64,000 nucleotides of DNA from positions 4,575,397 to 4,639,396 of the forward strand of contig NW_002060945.1 in NCBI RefSeq assembly GCF_000150275.1, written 5' to 3'. Below are positions 39,020 to 51,352 of this stretch, piece by piece. A model generated the notes under the pieces. That model did no database searches and was not told the origin of the DNA. It worked only from the letters and a program-made list of their open reading frames with translations. The DNA is from Trichoplax adhaerens (taxonomy: Eukaryota; Animalia; Placozoa). The translations under genes were made by a program, and so were the position numbers. How positions within the stretch are numbered: position 1 is the stretch's first letter; each line of letters starts with the position of its first letter.

Positions 39020-41152
39020 ATGTCCGAAGAGTCTAATTATCGTCTCCTCTCTGCTAATGATGAACGACGGAGTAAGCACTATGATGACGATGATGACCAT
39101 TCTATACAAATTCAACATCATTCAAGAATGAAAAAAAAAAAGAAAAAACGAGTCCGTTTTACATCTGATAAAACGCCAACGATCGCAGAACGACTTTATT
39201 ATGGCTATAATCGATTGACAATCAAGACACGACTAAAATTTAAAGTAACAATATTGGGTATAATGACCTTATTAAGTATAATCTTAATTCGTCGATATGT
39301 TCCACCGATCAATGATGATTTGTTTACTTATTTAAATATTCAATTCAATATCTCGACGCGAAACTTTCAATTATCCAATCTAACTCACCAGCATCAAATC
39401 TTATTATCGGGCAAGTTAGGGTGTAAGATCGGTTATGAAATACCTCGTATCACCACCAAAATTAACCAACTACACTTGCTATGGGAAGATAAAACTAGCT
39501 TAACTATGAGTAAAATATCCGAGGATTGTACCTCTTTTACATGGCAACCTACTAGTAACCAATGGACATCCTTGTGTGATTGTTTTCGTTTAGATCGTGG
39601 CTATTGGTATAGCGGATCGGAAATGCATGAACAATTTTGGCCACTGAAGGATGCCGAAATACCTAGTCAGCCCTATATTAGCAGTTATAAATTAATATCG
39701 TATGGTTCGGTCCTAGAGAAAATGTGGTTCAACTCTAATGGCTTGATTGTTATAGCCAATCAGACCAAACAATTATCTGTTCAGGTCACTAAAAACAACC
39801 TTTGCTTGCAATCATATGCAACTAATCATGCATTACAGTACCAAGTTTGTAGTCATCATGATTTAAAAAATGTTTATCAAATATATGCAAAAAGATTATT
39901 CGAGTTACCGACAACGGCTAAAGATGATGATCTATTTCGTACTATTATATGGACAATGTCCAACCAACATATGAGTATCAATCAATCCATGGTTGAATAT
40001 TATGCTGATCAAATTGTTCGCTATCAATTTAATCAGAGTATAATAGAGTTAGGAGATGACTATTCCACTGCCCATGGTGACTTTGATTTCGATCAAAATC
40101 GATTTCCAAATGTGAGTAAAACAATTTTTCAATTACATCAGTGGGGTTTAAAAATATCACTATCTGTCAGTGTAATTGCAAGTATCAACTCTCAAACCTT
40201 TCAACAAGGTATCGAAAATAATTATTGGGTTAGAAGGAAAGATAAATACAGTCAAGATGTGCTAGCAATCATAAAATGGTCGAGAGGAAATGGAGTATTA
40301 TTAGATGTTACCAATCCTCAAGCTAGACGTTGGTTTACATCTCGATTAATAAAATTTCAGCATGATTATCATATCGATTATTTTAATTTTTTACATGGAG
40401 AGGCTGACTATTTACCAGCTGATATGGTTACCTTCGGGACACTCGATGACCCAAATCATTATACTCGTCTATTTAATAAGATGGTATCAGATATTGCTTC
40501 AGTATCGTTTGTTGAAGCTGCATATCAAGCACAACAGCTCAATCCAATCATTCAGATGCAAAGAAAAGACTCAAGTTGGAGTAATGTCACTGGCTTACCG
40601 TCAATTATACCAAGTGCAATAACTTTAGGATTGATTGGTTATCCATTATTTACTCCTGCAACAATCAACAATTTCGATTTCACAACTTTATCAACAAAGT
40701 TAGACCGAGATTTGTATATTCGTTGGATACAATTATCAAGTTACTTACCCATACTAAAATTATCGACTGGCCCGTGGAATTTTGATGTACAAGCAATCGC
40801 ATTTTTGCAAAAGTTAATACAATTTCGTAGGCAGTTTCTTGTACCAAAATTTATTCAGATTAATCAACAACTCACTTCAACTGGATTACCAATAGTACGT
40901 CCAATTTGGTGGTTAGCGCCAAAGGATACTACCGCTCAAAATATCTTTGATGAATTTCTTATTGGAGATGATATTCTGGTTGCACCTATTGTCCAAAAGA
41001 AAACTAACAGCAGAAAAATTTATTTACCTCGTGGTTATTGGTTTGACGCAATATCGAAAACGAATTTCAGTGTAGCTGTTGGTAGATGGCTTACTAATTA
41101 CGTAACGCAGTACACGCAAGTTGCTTACTTTATCTATTCGCCTTGGAAATGA
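39020..41152 (+). CDS. MYORG: MYORG/KIAA1161-like glycoside hydrolase family 31 type II membrane protein, probably catalytically inactive
   Basis: N-terminal TM helix (VTILGIMTLLSIILI), GYWYSGSE..EQFWP, YGSVLE, GDFDFDQNRFP, LDVTNPQARRWF, LGLIGYP, PIVRPIWW, DEFLIGDDILVAPIV, IYLPRGYW; single coding exon. Confidence 0.88.
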   Translation: MSEESNYRLLSANDERRSKHYDDDDDHSIQIQHHSRMKKKKKKRVRFTSDKTPTIAERLYYGYNRLTIKTRLKFKVTILGIMTLLSIILIRRYVPPINDDLFTYLNIQFNISTRNFQLSNLTHQHQILLSGKLGCKIGYEIPRITTKINQLHLLWEDKTSLTMSKISEDCTSFTWQPTSNQWTSLCDCFRLDRGYWYSGSEMHEQFWPLKDAEIPSQPYISSYKLISYGSVLEKMWFNSNGLIVIANQTKQLSVQVTKNNLCLQSYATNHALQYQVCSHHDLKNVYQIYAKRLFELPTTAKDDDLFRTIIWTMSNQHMSINQSMVEYYADQIVRYQFNQSIIELGDDYSTAHGDFDFDQNRFPNVSKTIFQLHQWGLKISLSVSVIASINSQTFQQGIENNYWVRRKDKYSQDVLAIIKWSRGNGVLLDVTNPQARRWFTSRLIKFQHDYHIDYFNFLHGEADYLPADMVTFGTLDDPNHYTRLFNKMVSDIASVSFVEAAYQAQQLNPIIQMQRKDSSWSNVTGLPSIIPSAITLGLIGYPLFTPATINNFDFTTLSTKLDRDLYIRWIQLSSYLPILKLSTGPWNFDVQAIAFLQKLIQFRRQFLVPKFIQINQQLTSTGLPIVRPIWWLAPKDTTAQNIFDEFLIGDDILVAPIVQKKTNSRKIYLPRGYWFDAISKTNFSVAVGRWLTNYVTQYTQVAYFIYSPWK

Positions 41153-43477
41153 AAGTATTTAACATAAACTATGAAATAGTGGACGTTCAATGTTCCAAAT
41201 TCAGATAGATTAAAGTACAGTAACAAGGGAATATTCCAATCAAAGTTTATTTAATAGCTTGCATCAAGTTTCAACCAGTAATTATTGTATAAAATAATAA
41301 ATTCAGAACAATTTTATTTATATCATCAGAAACTCTTTTAAAAAATTTGACGGATCCTATTACTTATTTTTTTTCTAGTTGATTATATCTCTGTATTATC
41401 ACTTCTCTAAGCTGCGGTTTAATTTAAAGTTGGGTAATGTAGTACGAGCGAAGTACACTTGATATCTTTCATTAGCCGATTTTACGTCAATGTTTGTACT
41501 AAATAGTGTTATCGTGATAAATTAATGTTAATCAACCCATGCGCAATATCCTTATACTATCTTTGAAATTATAAATTTATAATGGGCGAGATTTAACACG
41601 AATTTTAAATTAGTATATGAGTATGAATAATTTAAAACACCTTCCATAAAAAATTGGCATTTTCCCGCTTTAACGAGTTTATCTCACTACTTGCATAATT
41701 TACACTTAATGGTCGTAACAAAAAATGATATAGTAAGAACAGCGGTATCCCTACTATAAATCAGATTTTATATAACGTGTGTACAGTATAGATACGCGTA
41801 TACGTATGTACGTAACGTGCATATTACAATTTGCAAAGGTTAAGGGGAACTTTGATTTGTTTTAGTATGGCTTTACATGCGCTTCCTTTGATATTATAGG
41901 GTATTTGCATACATTTCCGCTAAGTATCTACTGATTTCAAAATTGTTGGTTAAGAATTGTAGCTCGAACGCTGTATAAACATATAAAACGATGTTATTTT
42001 CGTATTATGCATATAATGTGTTTTTTCCGTTCCTATCAAATATTACAATGTTTGGTTGATTGTCAAGCTGCTAAATAAAACTACAATGAGCTGATATACT
42101 TGCCAATTTTAACCTACTATTCTTGTAATTTTGGTACAATTTCGCTCCAATCTTAACAAGTTGGAAATATTTGTACGCGTTTTAGAATTTTAGAAAAATT
42201 TTACTTATAATTTACTATTTCGAAACTTTTGAATGGATTAAACTATGGAAATACATCGCGGCAGTCCGAATTGCTAATCTTATTGTGAGTTCATAATTAG
42301 AGACAGCCATTATCATTTAAAAGCGATCATCGTAGATCGAATCATACATATTATGGCTCTTAAATATTGTAATTAGTACAGACCCGTTCACTGTTAGTAA
42401 TATAATCTCGAATATTAGGGATCGCAAACAGACTTTTTGATTAGAGATATGATTATCTTAGTTCGTTATCCTAAATCTTGTAATCAGCAACGACATTATC
42501 TAATCACTTTTTGGTACCGATAATATTTTTGCCAGCACATAACCCCTTTAATTGTATAATAAATACGATCAGATAATAAGATACATCAACAATCGTGGCA
42601 GGTTTAGTATCAGTCTAAAAGCGATTCAATTTATTCACGTGGAAAGATTTACAGAGATAAATATTTAGCTATTGTCATTGTGGGATAGACAGCTAGCGGC
42701 TACAATAACTGCTAGCAGAAATTCTGTTCGTCATTAGGATTTTGTACTGTAGTATATTTAGTTTCCGGCATAGTAGACAGTTTTAAAATACATTCTAAAT
42801 GATCCAACATTGGCATTTCTTGGATAACAGCGGATGGCCAAACAGTTACAGTAATAGCAAATATTGCCATAAAATTTACAAGATACATGAAAATCGCAAC
42901 CGTCTTGTTGACGATGTGATCAATCAAAATCATATTTAGCAGTGAGAGAACTCTCATACTAATTAATGTGGTAAAATTATTTTACCTGATTTAATTGTAC
43001 GAGTATGTAATGGTTGGCATAATTCACAAAAACAAAGAAAATTTTTAAACAAAAATTTTAATACTGGACCACTTATTAATTTATCTAATTCATTGTAAAG
43101 GAATCATAACTGAATAATCAGGTGATTGATTTTTTAACTTATTAAACATTCTCTTAACATAACTAAGTATATATAAAGCCTGCAGCGTATGCATAATATC
43201 TTCTAAATTTATTCCATACATTAGAATGTTTTTTATTAGTAGTCACTGGCGTACCAAATCAGCAAGGATTTTTTAAAATCCAACAATTCTGAGACCTTAA
43301 ATAAGCTACCGTGGGACATAATAGCTGCCAGAAGTTTTGCTGATAGGGTGTTATATCGAAGGTTCAAACTTCACAGCAGGCAGTTATGTATATGAATACA
43401 TACGAATTTCGAATATAAAAACTTATGAAGATTTCACGAGATTATGCTAGGAAAATGCGAAATTACGGAGATATTTG

Positions 43478-46400
43478 TTACATAGATTCAACAATTTCTC
43501 TGTCAATTGGTGTCTCAGAGTTTTCTAAACGGCTTCTTTTTCCAGGGATATTATCTTGAACTTTGTTCACCCCCTTTAACTTACGTTTTTCGTTACGAGC
43601 TTGGCCTTTTTTCTGTGGTGCAATTGGTTCAACATCTAGTATTTTGTGTAATTGGCGAAAAACTACTTGGCGCAGCATACACTAAAAATGAAGAAATAAA
43701 CACACTTTATCATAAACTATATTTTATGTCAAATTTCTTAACTTGTATGCTATTACTTGTGCGGACGATGTGATATCTTCAGCCGTTTGAATATCTAGGT
43801 AACCAAACGCATTACACGGTTCCTTTTCGCACGGATCTTTGACACCTGGACCATCTGATGATAGATTTAGAACATTTAGGAAATTTTAGGTATAAATATT
43901 CGGTTGTAAAAAACCATAAAAGACTGAAGTTCCAGTGTTCTTTATATGATGGCTATACTTTTATACTAACAAAAATGGCCATAATTTATTACCCGGTAAT
44001 AATATTCCAGATGCTATAACTTCAAGCAACCGTCGAAATGCTTTCGCTGGTCCAAGGCCAACATCCGAACTATTTATTGTATTATGTATCAATACTTCCA
44101 TAGGCTGCAACGAAAAAGATTGTAAGTAAATAAAGTGTAATAAATTTCATAAACGATATCATGTATAAATACAAATATTTTACCCAAAATTTTAATGCCG
44201 ACCAAGTTGAATTCCTTCTGCAGTAATCGTAAATTATCCGCATAACTATTAAACATGGTTCCAAATCGATTACGTTTTTCTACAGTTTAAACAAAGCAAA
44301 GCACCATTAGTACCGAAAAAATTTCATCACTTCAGAGTTATACATTGTAGTATTCATACTTTAAACCATTCGAATCGACGTAGTTCCATTAGAGCATTTA
44401 AACACGCTTTCCTATCGACAACTCCGATAGAATAATTATCAGCTGCATGTGCAAGAAAAAATTTCATAAGTATAACGGTAATGCTAATGCTACATTTTGT
44501 CATATTTATCACCAGAAATGAAACCAGCAATAATATCCTCCGCCATACAAATATTCGTACTTACAGTCATCCTGTGACTCCATCGTAGCTGAAGTAAGAT
44601 ATATTTTAACTTCTTCGTTGTGATCATGACTAATGGTTATTATACCTTCTTCAGTATCGCATTTAGTTTCATAGTTATCGCCCTATAAATATAATTGTAA
44701 GAATTACAATATACAAGTGTACATTAAAAAGGGGCTGTCATCGTGTTATTAAGTGATTCTTGTCTGACATTCGTGCTAACCGCTAATCTTTCTTTTATAT
44801 TGGTTTCTACACCTTGCAAGAGCGATACCGTAGGTTCTTCTAGGATTAAGACGGTTTTAGTATTTAATCGCTATTAATACATATGACGTCAATGAGATAG
44901 CTGTTATCATACTGTATTGCACTGACAGTACTGCATCTATCTATCCAGCTTACCAGCACACAATACTACCAATTCCGCTTGCTTATCACCATTCAACATA
45001 AGACCTTTTGCAATTGTTCCTATTCTTCGTATGTCTTGCAAGAGCCCTAAAATAATACGTGTGTCAGCAGATAAAAGTCGGAATAGAAAAATTTTTAATC
45101 AACTTTTTCAAAAACGTACTAATATCAGATGACAACTGGTTGGGCTCCGTCGGTGTCCTATACAACCATAAAAATAAAATTAAGTATTATTATTTTTGAG
45201 TACAGAAAACTTTATTACCACTTAAGTACTATGAAATAATCTAATTAATAACTGTCTGAAGTTAGAGGTCAAAAATTAGCTACTAAATGCTTACGCTGTC
45301 TTATTATTAACGTCAGCACTATTACCGGCCGTTGCAACATCAATATTCGTCTGCTCATCATCAGATCTAAGCGTATTGACAACGGTTGTCTCTTCTACGG
45401 CTCCAATGTTAGTTTCGCTATAAGAAACAAACACAATGATATATTTATTTGGGATTTAGGTATCAAATTTAAGTATTATTTTAGTGCTAAAGGCTATACA
45501 TATTTCTTAAACAAATACTTGCAATGAAGAAAAGACTTCTTTATTGCAATTGAAAAGACAGTACAAAAAGTATATATTGCCTTATGCTGGTTTATCTCCT
45601 GCAGCAATGTTAAAAACTTTCTACTGTAGTATTTAAATGCATCTTATGTAAAATACTCACGTCTTAATCATAACGTCAGAGATATCCTTTAAAGTACTCT
45701 CAATAATCATAATAATATCTTGCATAGTTTTGATCTAATTGATTGGATAAACAGTAATTAATAAAGTAAATACTCTGAGTAAGTAATTAAACTCTGAATG
45801 TGAGGAACAAGCTCTGTTACTTCAGATTGATTAGGAAAGATAATGTCATGTTTCTTCATGACAAGTCGATCTTCTATTGTCTCCACAATAGGAGTGCCTC
45901 GAATAAAGTAAGATGCTCCCTGAAATATAAAATGATGCATGTAAGAAATATTACGTTGTTATATTCAGGCAACCAAATTTCCACTTACACATACAGTATA
46001 TACCGAAATTTAATTACCTTATGAGATTTAGATGAGGTGTTTTTTTTCTTATTATGAGATACATATATGGACATTAAAGATGGAGGCCGATCATTAATAC
46101 CGGGAACGATTTTTGGCTCGCTTTCAGCATCAGATAGAACCTTTTGACGTTTCTTAGTCGGTGATGGGTAATAACCATCATTTCTAAGATCTTCCATCTC
46201 TTTACGTTCTATTTTACCAGAAAGAGGTGTTTTTTCGTGATTCGATTCGTTTTCATAGCCTTTAATCTATAAGAAAATACATGTAAATTTACTACTAGCT
46301 TGCACAAGAAATTAGGCACTCACTTAATGACAATGTTCAATCTGTACTAACATGATAATATGTCGCTTTATGTCGCTTGCCGCTCAAGTGAGAATGTCTA

Positions 46401-49400
46401 TCAGCTTGATTAAAGCTGCAGTGACAGATTTTACATTCAAATCTAGGAACTTTAATATTATTATCAGGGGTTAAAACACAATATTCTTCACCTGTGACAA
46501 AAAATGATATAAGAGGACGGTTGTTAGGATATTAAATTAGCAATTATAATTACTGATTGTGGTATGTATTTCTATAATAGTGCGTCAAAATATGCAACAT
46601 AATTATGATTACTTAAGATACTTCTTACCAATAATATTAGACGAAGGAGTGACTATTGAAGTCTTATCGCTGGCAATCGATTTTTGACTTGCTACATCTG
46701 GAAAAGTTGTTGGAAAGCTCATTACGAATTACAGCTTACTGAATTAAAAAGCTAAACATTCTGCACAGGCGTAGATTCTGTTTACGTATACTGATGTGCT
46801 AGTTAAATCATTTTGTATACCTCTTTCTGCAGAATTGAAGGACGAGTTTAAATGAACAGGCCGTGAATTAGGTGAAGCTGGCTGCACATTTGCATTAGTA
46901 GAGGTATCATTTGAAACAACGTTTGATAGGGTAGTAGAGGGACCACTTGTAATATTATCATTTTCTTCTGAGACATTAATTTCTTCTTTATTATCTAAAT
47001 TTTGATCTGTTGTTTTCTTTTGAGCTAGTATTTCACTTTTGATACGGGCGATAGTTTCCGGGCTAGGAGCATCAGGAATCGGCTTTCCCAATTGTTTATG
47101 GAGTCGCACTACCTGCAGGTATCAATTTCAATAGACAGAGGAGAGTTATCATCCAGCTGCTAATATAATTAAATACTGAAAATCTATACGTGCAATATGC
47201 TATCAGTAAGAATATTAAATGATAAAGTTGTCGACATTTAAACACGACCTTTTGATGCTTGCTACCGTTAATATGTGCATCGTAGGATTCGCCTGTTAGG
47301 CAAACAATATCGCATAATTCGCATTTGATTCCTTTTTCACTAGTAGCTTTAGCTGACTGCTGTTCTCTTTTTTTATGTTTCTGTCCATCTGTGTGTTCCT
47401 TGTAAGTCTGTATAAATGTTGGTTATAGTTAATAATACTATTTAAACAAGAGGACTTTTAGTCATGTTCAGTATACCGTATGATCTTCACTTTCGTACAT
47501 TAACATAAGAAAAAGCTTAGAACATCACTCGATAGTAAGACTCATCATTCTAGCGAAATTAAGTTATAAGAATCGTGACGGTAATTTTTCATTTCTGTCT
47601 TCATTTAGAGTAAATAATTAAAAGAACTTATCCTATTCTATGCAGTATATGCTAAATCCTCTATAAACTATTTTGTTCTTAATAAATATAACGTAAATTC
47701 GACGCAGGTAAGATTATTTTACCATAATATTACAAACAATAAATGAAAGAATACGATCGTATTTTACATGTATTTCGTTCGAAGGATATAAGAAAGAAAT
47801 TAGTATTTTCTAAATCTAATTGGGTTTTCTAAGTCAAGGCTATTGAGCTATTCTCCTACCTGTTCGCTCATACAACTAATGCGGCATATCTCGCAATAAA
47901 TCGGTTTCGATGGTGGCTTCTGAACTTTATTTCTATTGGAAATGTAGGATGATTGAATATTACCCCTTCTGCTACGATTCATCCCAGGGGTACTGCGCTG
48001 TCCACCGTAGGACGATGGCATAGATTGATAGCTACTATATTGAGACTGACGGTGTTGTAGTTGAGATGGATGATACTGTTGTCGATGGTGATGTGATGAC
48101 ATATTGACAGGGAGATCATAATCATAATGACTGCTATCGCCGCTATGAAGCATATTTGGAGGTTCATAATAATTGGATTCGTCATAGTGTTGATGACCTC
48201 CTCCAATTCGACCCATTTCGTTGTCCATTGCTTGAGGATGATGCATTGTCCTATTTCCAACTGTAGTACTTTCATGGCCACTGTGATAACTACCCATGCT
48301 GCTTCGAGTTGCAGCTGAATTAATACTTGTGCCGTAAGATATCGGACGATGCCCACTTTGATGACTATACATATTGCTAGAAGACGGCGAAGAATAATAA
48401 GATGTCCGTTTAGGATACGATGTGGGAGTTCTACTGTCGTAGTAGTGCTGTTGTGAATGCATTGATTGATATCCAACGCTTTTATAATCCATAGATTGAT
48501 CGCTTGAGGAATAATAGCCGCTAGTTGGTGTATGTTGCAAGCCTGAATTATTACTAGAAGTCATCTGAGATTGTAGTAAGGAACTGTTAGAATTGTAAGA
48601 GTAACTGCTGTCGGTATAACTGGCTGCAGAAGTAGGAGGCCTGGATAGGTAATTGCCTTGATTGAAGGGCGTTAGTGACGTACTTTCCGGTACTAAAATC
48701 GTATAATCAGTCCAAGTAAGAAATTAAAGGTGAGATTTTACGTAACAGTGCAGCTGAAAATAATTACTATTCAGTACAGTACGATTTCGATTAGAGCATT
48801 CGATGAATGAATGAATAAATAAATAAAACGCGAGATTAAATAAAAGAGATTTCTATTTTGATATCATTATCCTAGTCTTCCTATCCATCATAAAATATAT
48901 ACTTCAAATTAAAGTTTTCCAAAGTGCGACATTTGTGAGATCAATTTACAGTACTTTATAAATACATTACAATATCTGCAATTTTGGTGTCATGACCACG
49001 GTACAATATATTAATTACTATATTGGTATTGGTATGGGTCATTCAGTTACACATCCATCCATACATCAGAGAACTATATGTGCAATTAATGGCGAATACT
49101 TGCCTATTGCATAGTAAACTAACAATGACCGGAATAATCCGATATCGATATGGAATAAATCATCTTATCTGTAGTCCTTATCCTTTCTTTCCTTTTACAG
49201 CGCTTTACGTGCACTGTAAGTGTTACGTCAATTAATTTAATAAAATACTATGAAATAACTGTGATAAGTAAAATTCATCAAGATATTGATAACCTGGATT
49301 GAAGAAGATTGCATTGGATTTATTCTCGCACTACAATGATTTCATTAAAGTTATAATTTTAGTCATTTAGATGTCGGTGAAAAAAGAAAAATATTTTCTT

Positions 49401-50170
49401 TCTACTTTTTGCCTATGCGAAGGCTACATTATAGCAGCGTCGAGTAAGCAGAAATTGTCCATTGCAAAAGGGCAACTTACCGTATACGCACGTCTAATTT
49501 AGAAGTTAGCATTACGTGTATGAATATAACCTGCAGTGATCTCATTATCGTATTTGCAACTGGCAAGACTATCTTATCCTTTAGCATTGGTAGTCTTGCA
49601 TACTAAGTTCATTGGAAATGAATAATACAATTAAACAATTCTTAATTTGTATCAGATGATCCTATGCTGCTGAAAGATCGTACATAGCAGTTGCAACGTG
49701 TAATTTACAGGTAAACCATTATTGTCTCCACAACAACACTGTCTCCTATTGAGACCATACTGTAATCTCAAGTCTACCAATTCCATGTATAAACTAAAAA
49801 TGGGATACAATTAGAGGTGTACCTTACTACAATTTATTTTAAAACACGCCAATTGTATGAGAAAACGCAGATATAAGGAATGATATTCTATTTTTATCCT
49901 AACATGCTTTATATCTAGCATGACCAGTATAACTCAAGTTATCCATTCTTACGTACACTGTTAATATCGACTATATCCTCGAACAACTGATACTGTACAT
50001 TACTACTGTCCTTCTCCTAGCAGTATCCATATTCCACAGCTCTCGCTCTCAAATAGCTACGTTGAGATAGCATCATTTAAATGGATTCTCTAACATTGTA
50101 AAATATGTCAAGACGACAAGAAAAATAATAAAGTATTACCTGAGGAATAAGGATAATGATTATTGGCCAT
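43478..50170 (-). CDS. ZFR: Zinc finger RNA-binding protein (ZFR/Zn72D): three dsRNA-type C2H2 fingers plus DZF domain
   Basis: Start MANNHYPYSS (Zn72D-like); fingers YCEICRISCMSEQTYKEH..GQKH, CELCDIVC..ESYDAHINGSKH and FECKICHCSF...HLSGKRH; DZF motifs EDRLVMKKH, RIGTIAKGL, LRRFEWF, AFRRLLEVIASG, GVKDPCEKE. Confidence 0.93.
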
Positions 50171-50354
50171 TGTTGCTTTGAAAATAAAAATTTGCTTGAA
50201 GAAAACCGAATAGCTTGAAAGTAGAGTGTAGGCCCGCAGGCAGGTGAATCGTCCTGATACTGTGACACTCAGCCGCACGATACTTTGACGCTCCTCTACC
50301 GCGCTGATTGATAAATAGTGTAGGATAACTGCACCAAATTGGATAGGCCGTAGG

Positions 50355-51280
50355 TACGGTACTGTACGCTAAGAACGTCGTTTGCTGTACTGTACTGTAC
50401 ACTTGAGTGTGCAGTACAGTTTACATCGCAAGTGAGGGGACACACGGTACAATGTACTGTATTTTACAGTGTGCAGTACGGTATAAACGTGCATTGTACT
50501 GTAGAGTCAACCGTGAACAGGAGTAACTGTACAGTACTGTACACGGAGTGTAACGTTACATCGCAAGTGAGGGGATATACAGTACAATGTACTGTAATTT
50601 ACAGTTTACAGTACAGTACGGTACAAGCGTGCACTGTACTGTAGAGTCAAGGACAGAAGGACTCGCTGTAACTACACTGTACAGTACAGTACAGTACAGT
50701 GTACTGTAACCCACAGTATATAGTACGGTACGAACGTACTGTACACTGTGTAATATATTCTGTTGTACTGTATGCAGAGACGTACAACTCACAGTCAAGA
50801 AAACTATGTTTATTAAAGAAAGACAGAGAGGATAACAAGAGAGAGACGAGGTATAATCACTACTACCGTTAGCAAGAGATACGCTCATTTATATAGCGAT
50901 CTCTGAGCCTGTTGACAGGTAAATAGTATAGCGTAAACAGGTTAGATCTTTGTACTGTAGAGTCAAGGACAGAAGGACTCGAACTCGAAGTTCTTCATGG
51001 TCTGGTCCAGACCTTGAGGACCGGACGCGGAAGGGTTTTTGCTCCGCGGAACGGAACGGACTCACTACTGTCCTGTATACAGTGTACAGTACAATGTACA
51101 GGACTGTACAGTATTTGCACTGTATCCGAGTCAAAAGTACTGTACAGTACAGCACAGTATTCTTGGTATGCGCACATGTGATTATTATTTTGCAGGATGC
51201 AGAAGGTTTCGACTGTGTAACCGCGTACTGTACACTGTAAGGGTTAGGCTTCGCGTACTGGACAGTACAGTGCTGTACTG
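50355..51280. promoter_or_regulatory. TACAG island / bidirectional promoter ZFR and Net1-like gene, with a ~135-bp tandem duplication and a 31-bp repeat
   Basis: TTACATCGCAAGTGAGGGGA at 50421 and 50556; TGTACTGTAGAGTCAAGGACAGAAGGACTCG at ~50635 and 50951. Confidence 0.7.
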
Positions 51281-51352
51281 GAGTCCCAGAAAACTCACTG
51301 ACAACCAACACCAACAAGATCCATGCCAGAATATGACTGAATTGATGGAAAC

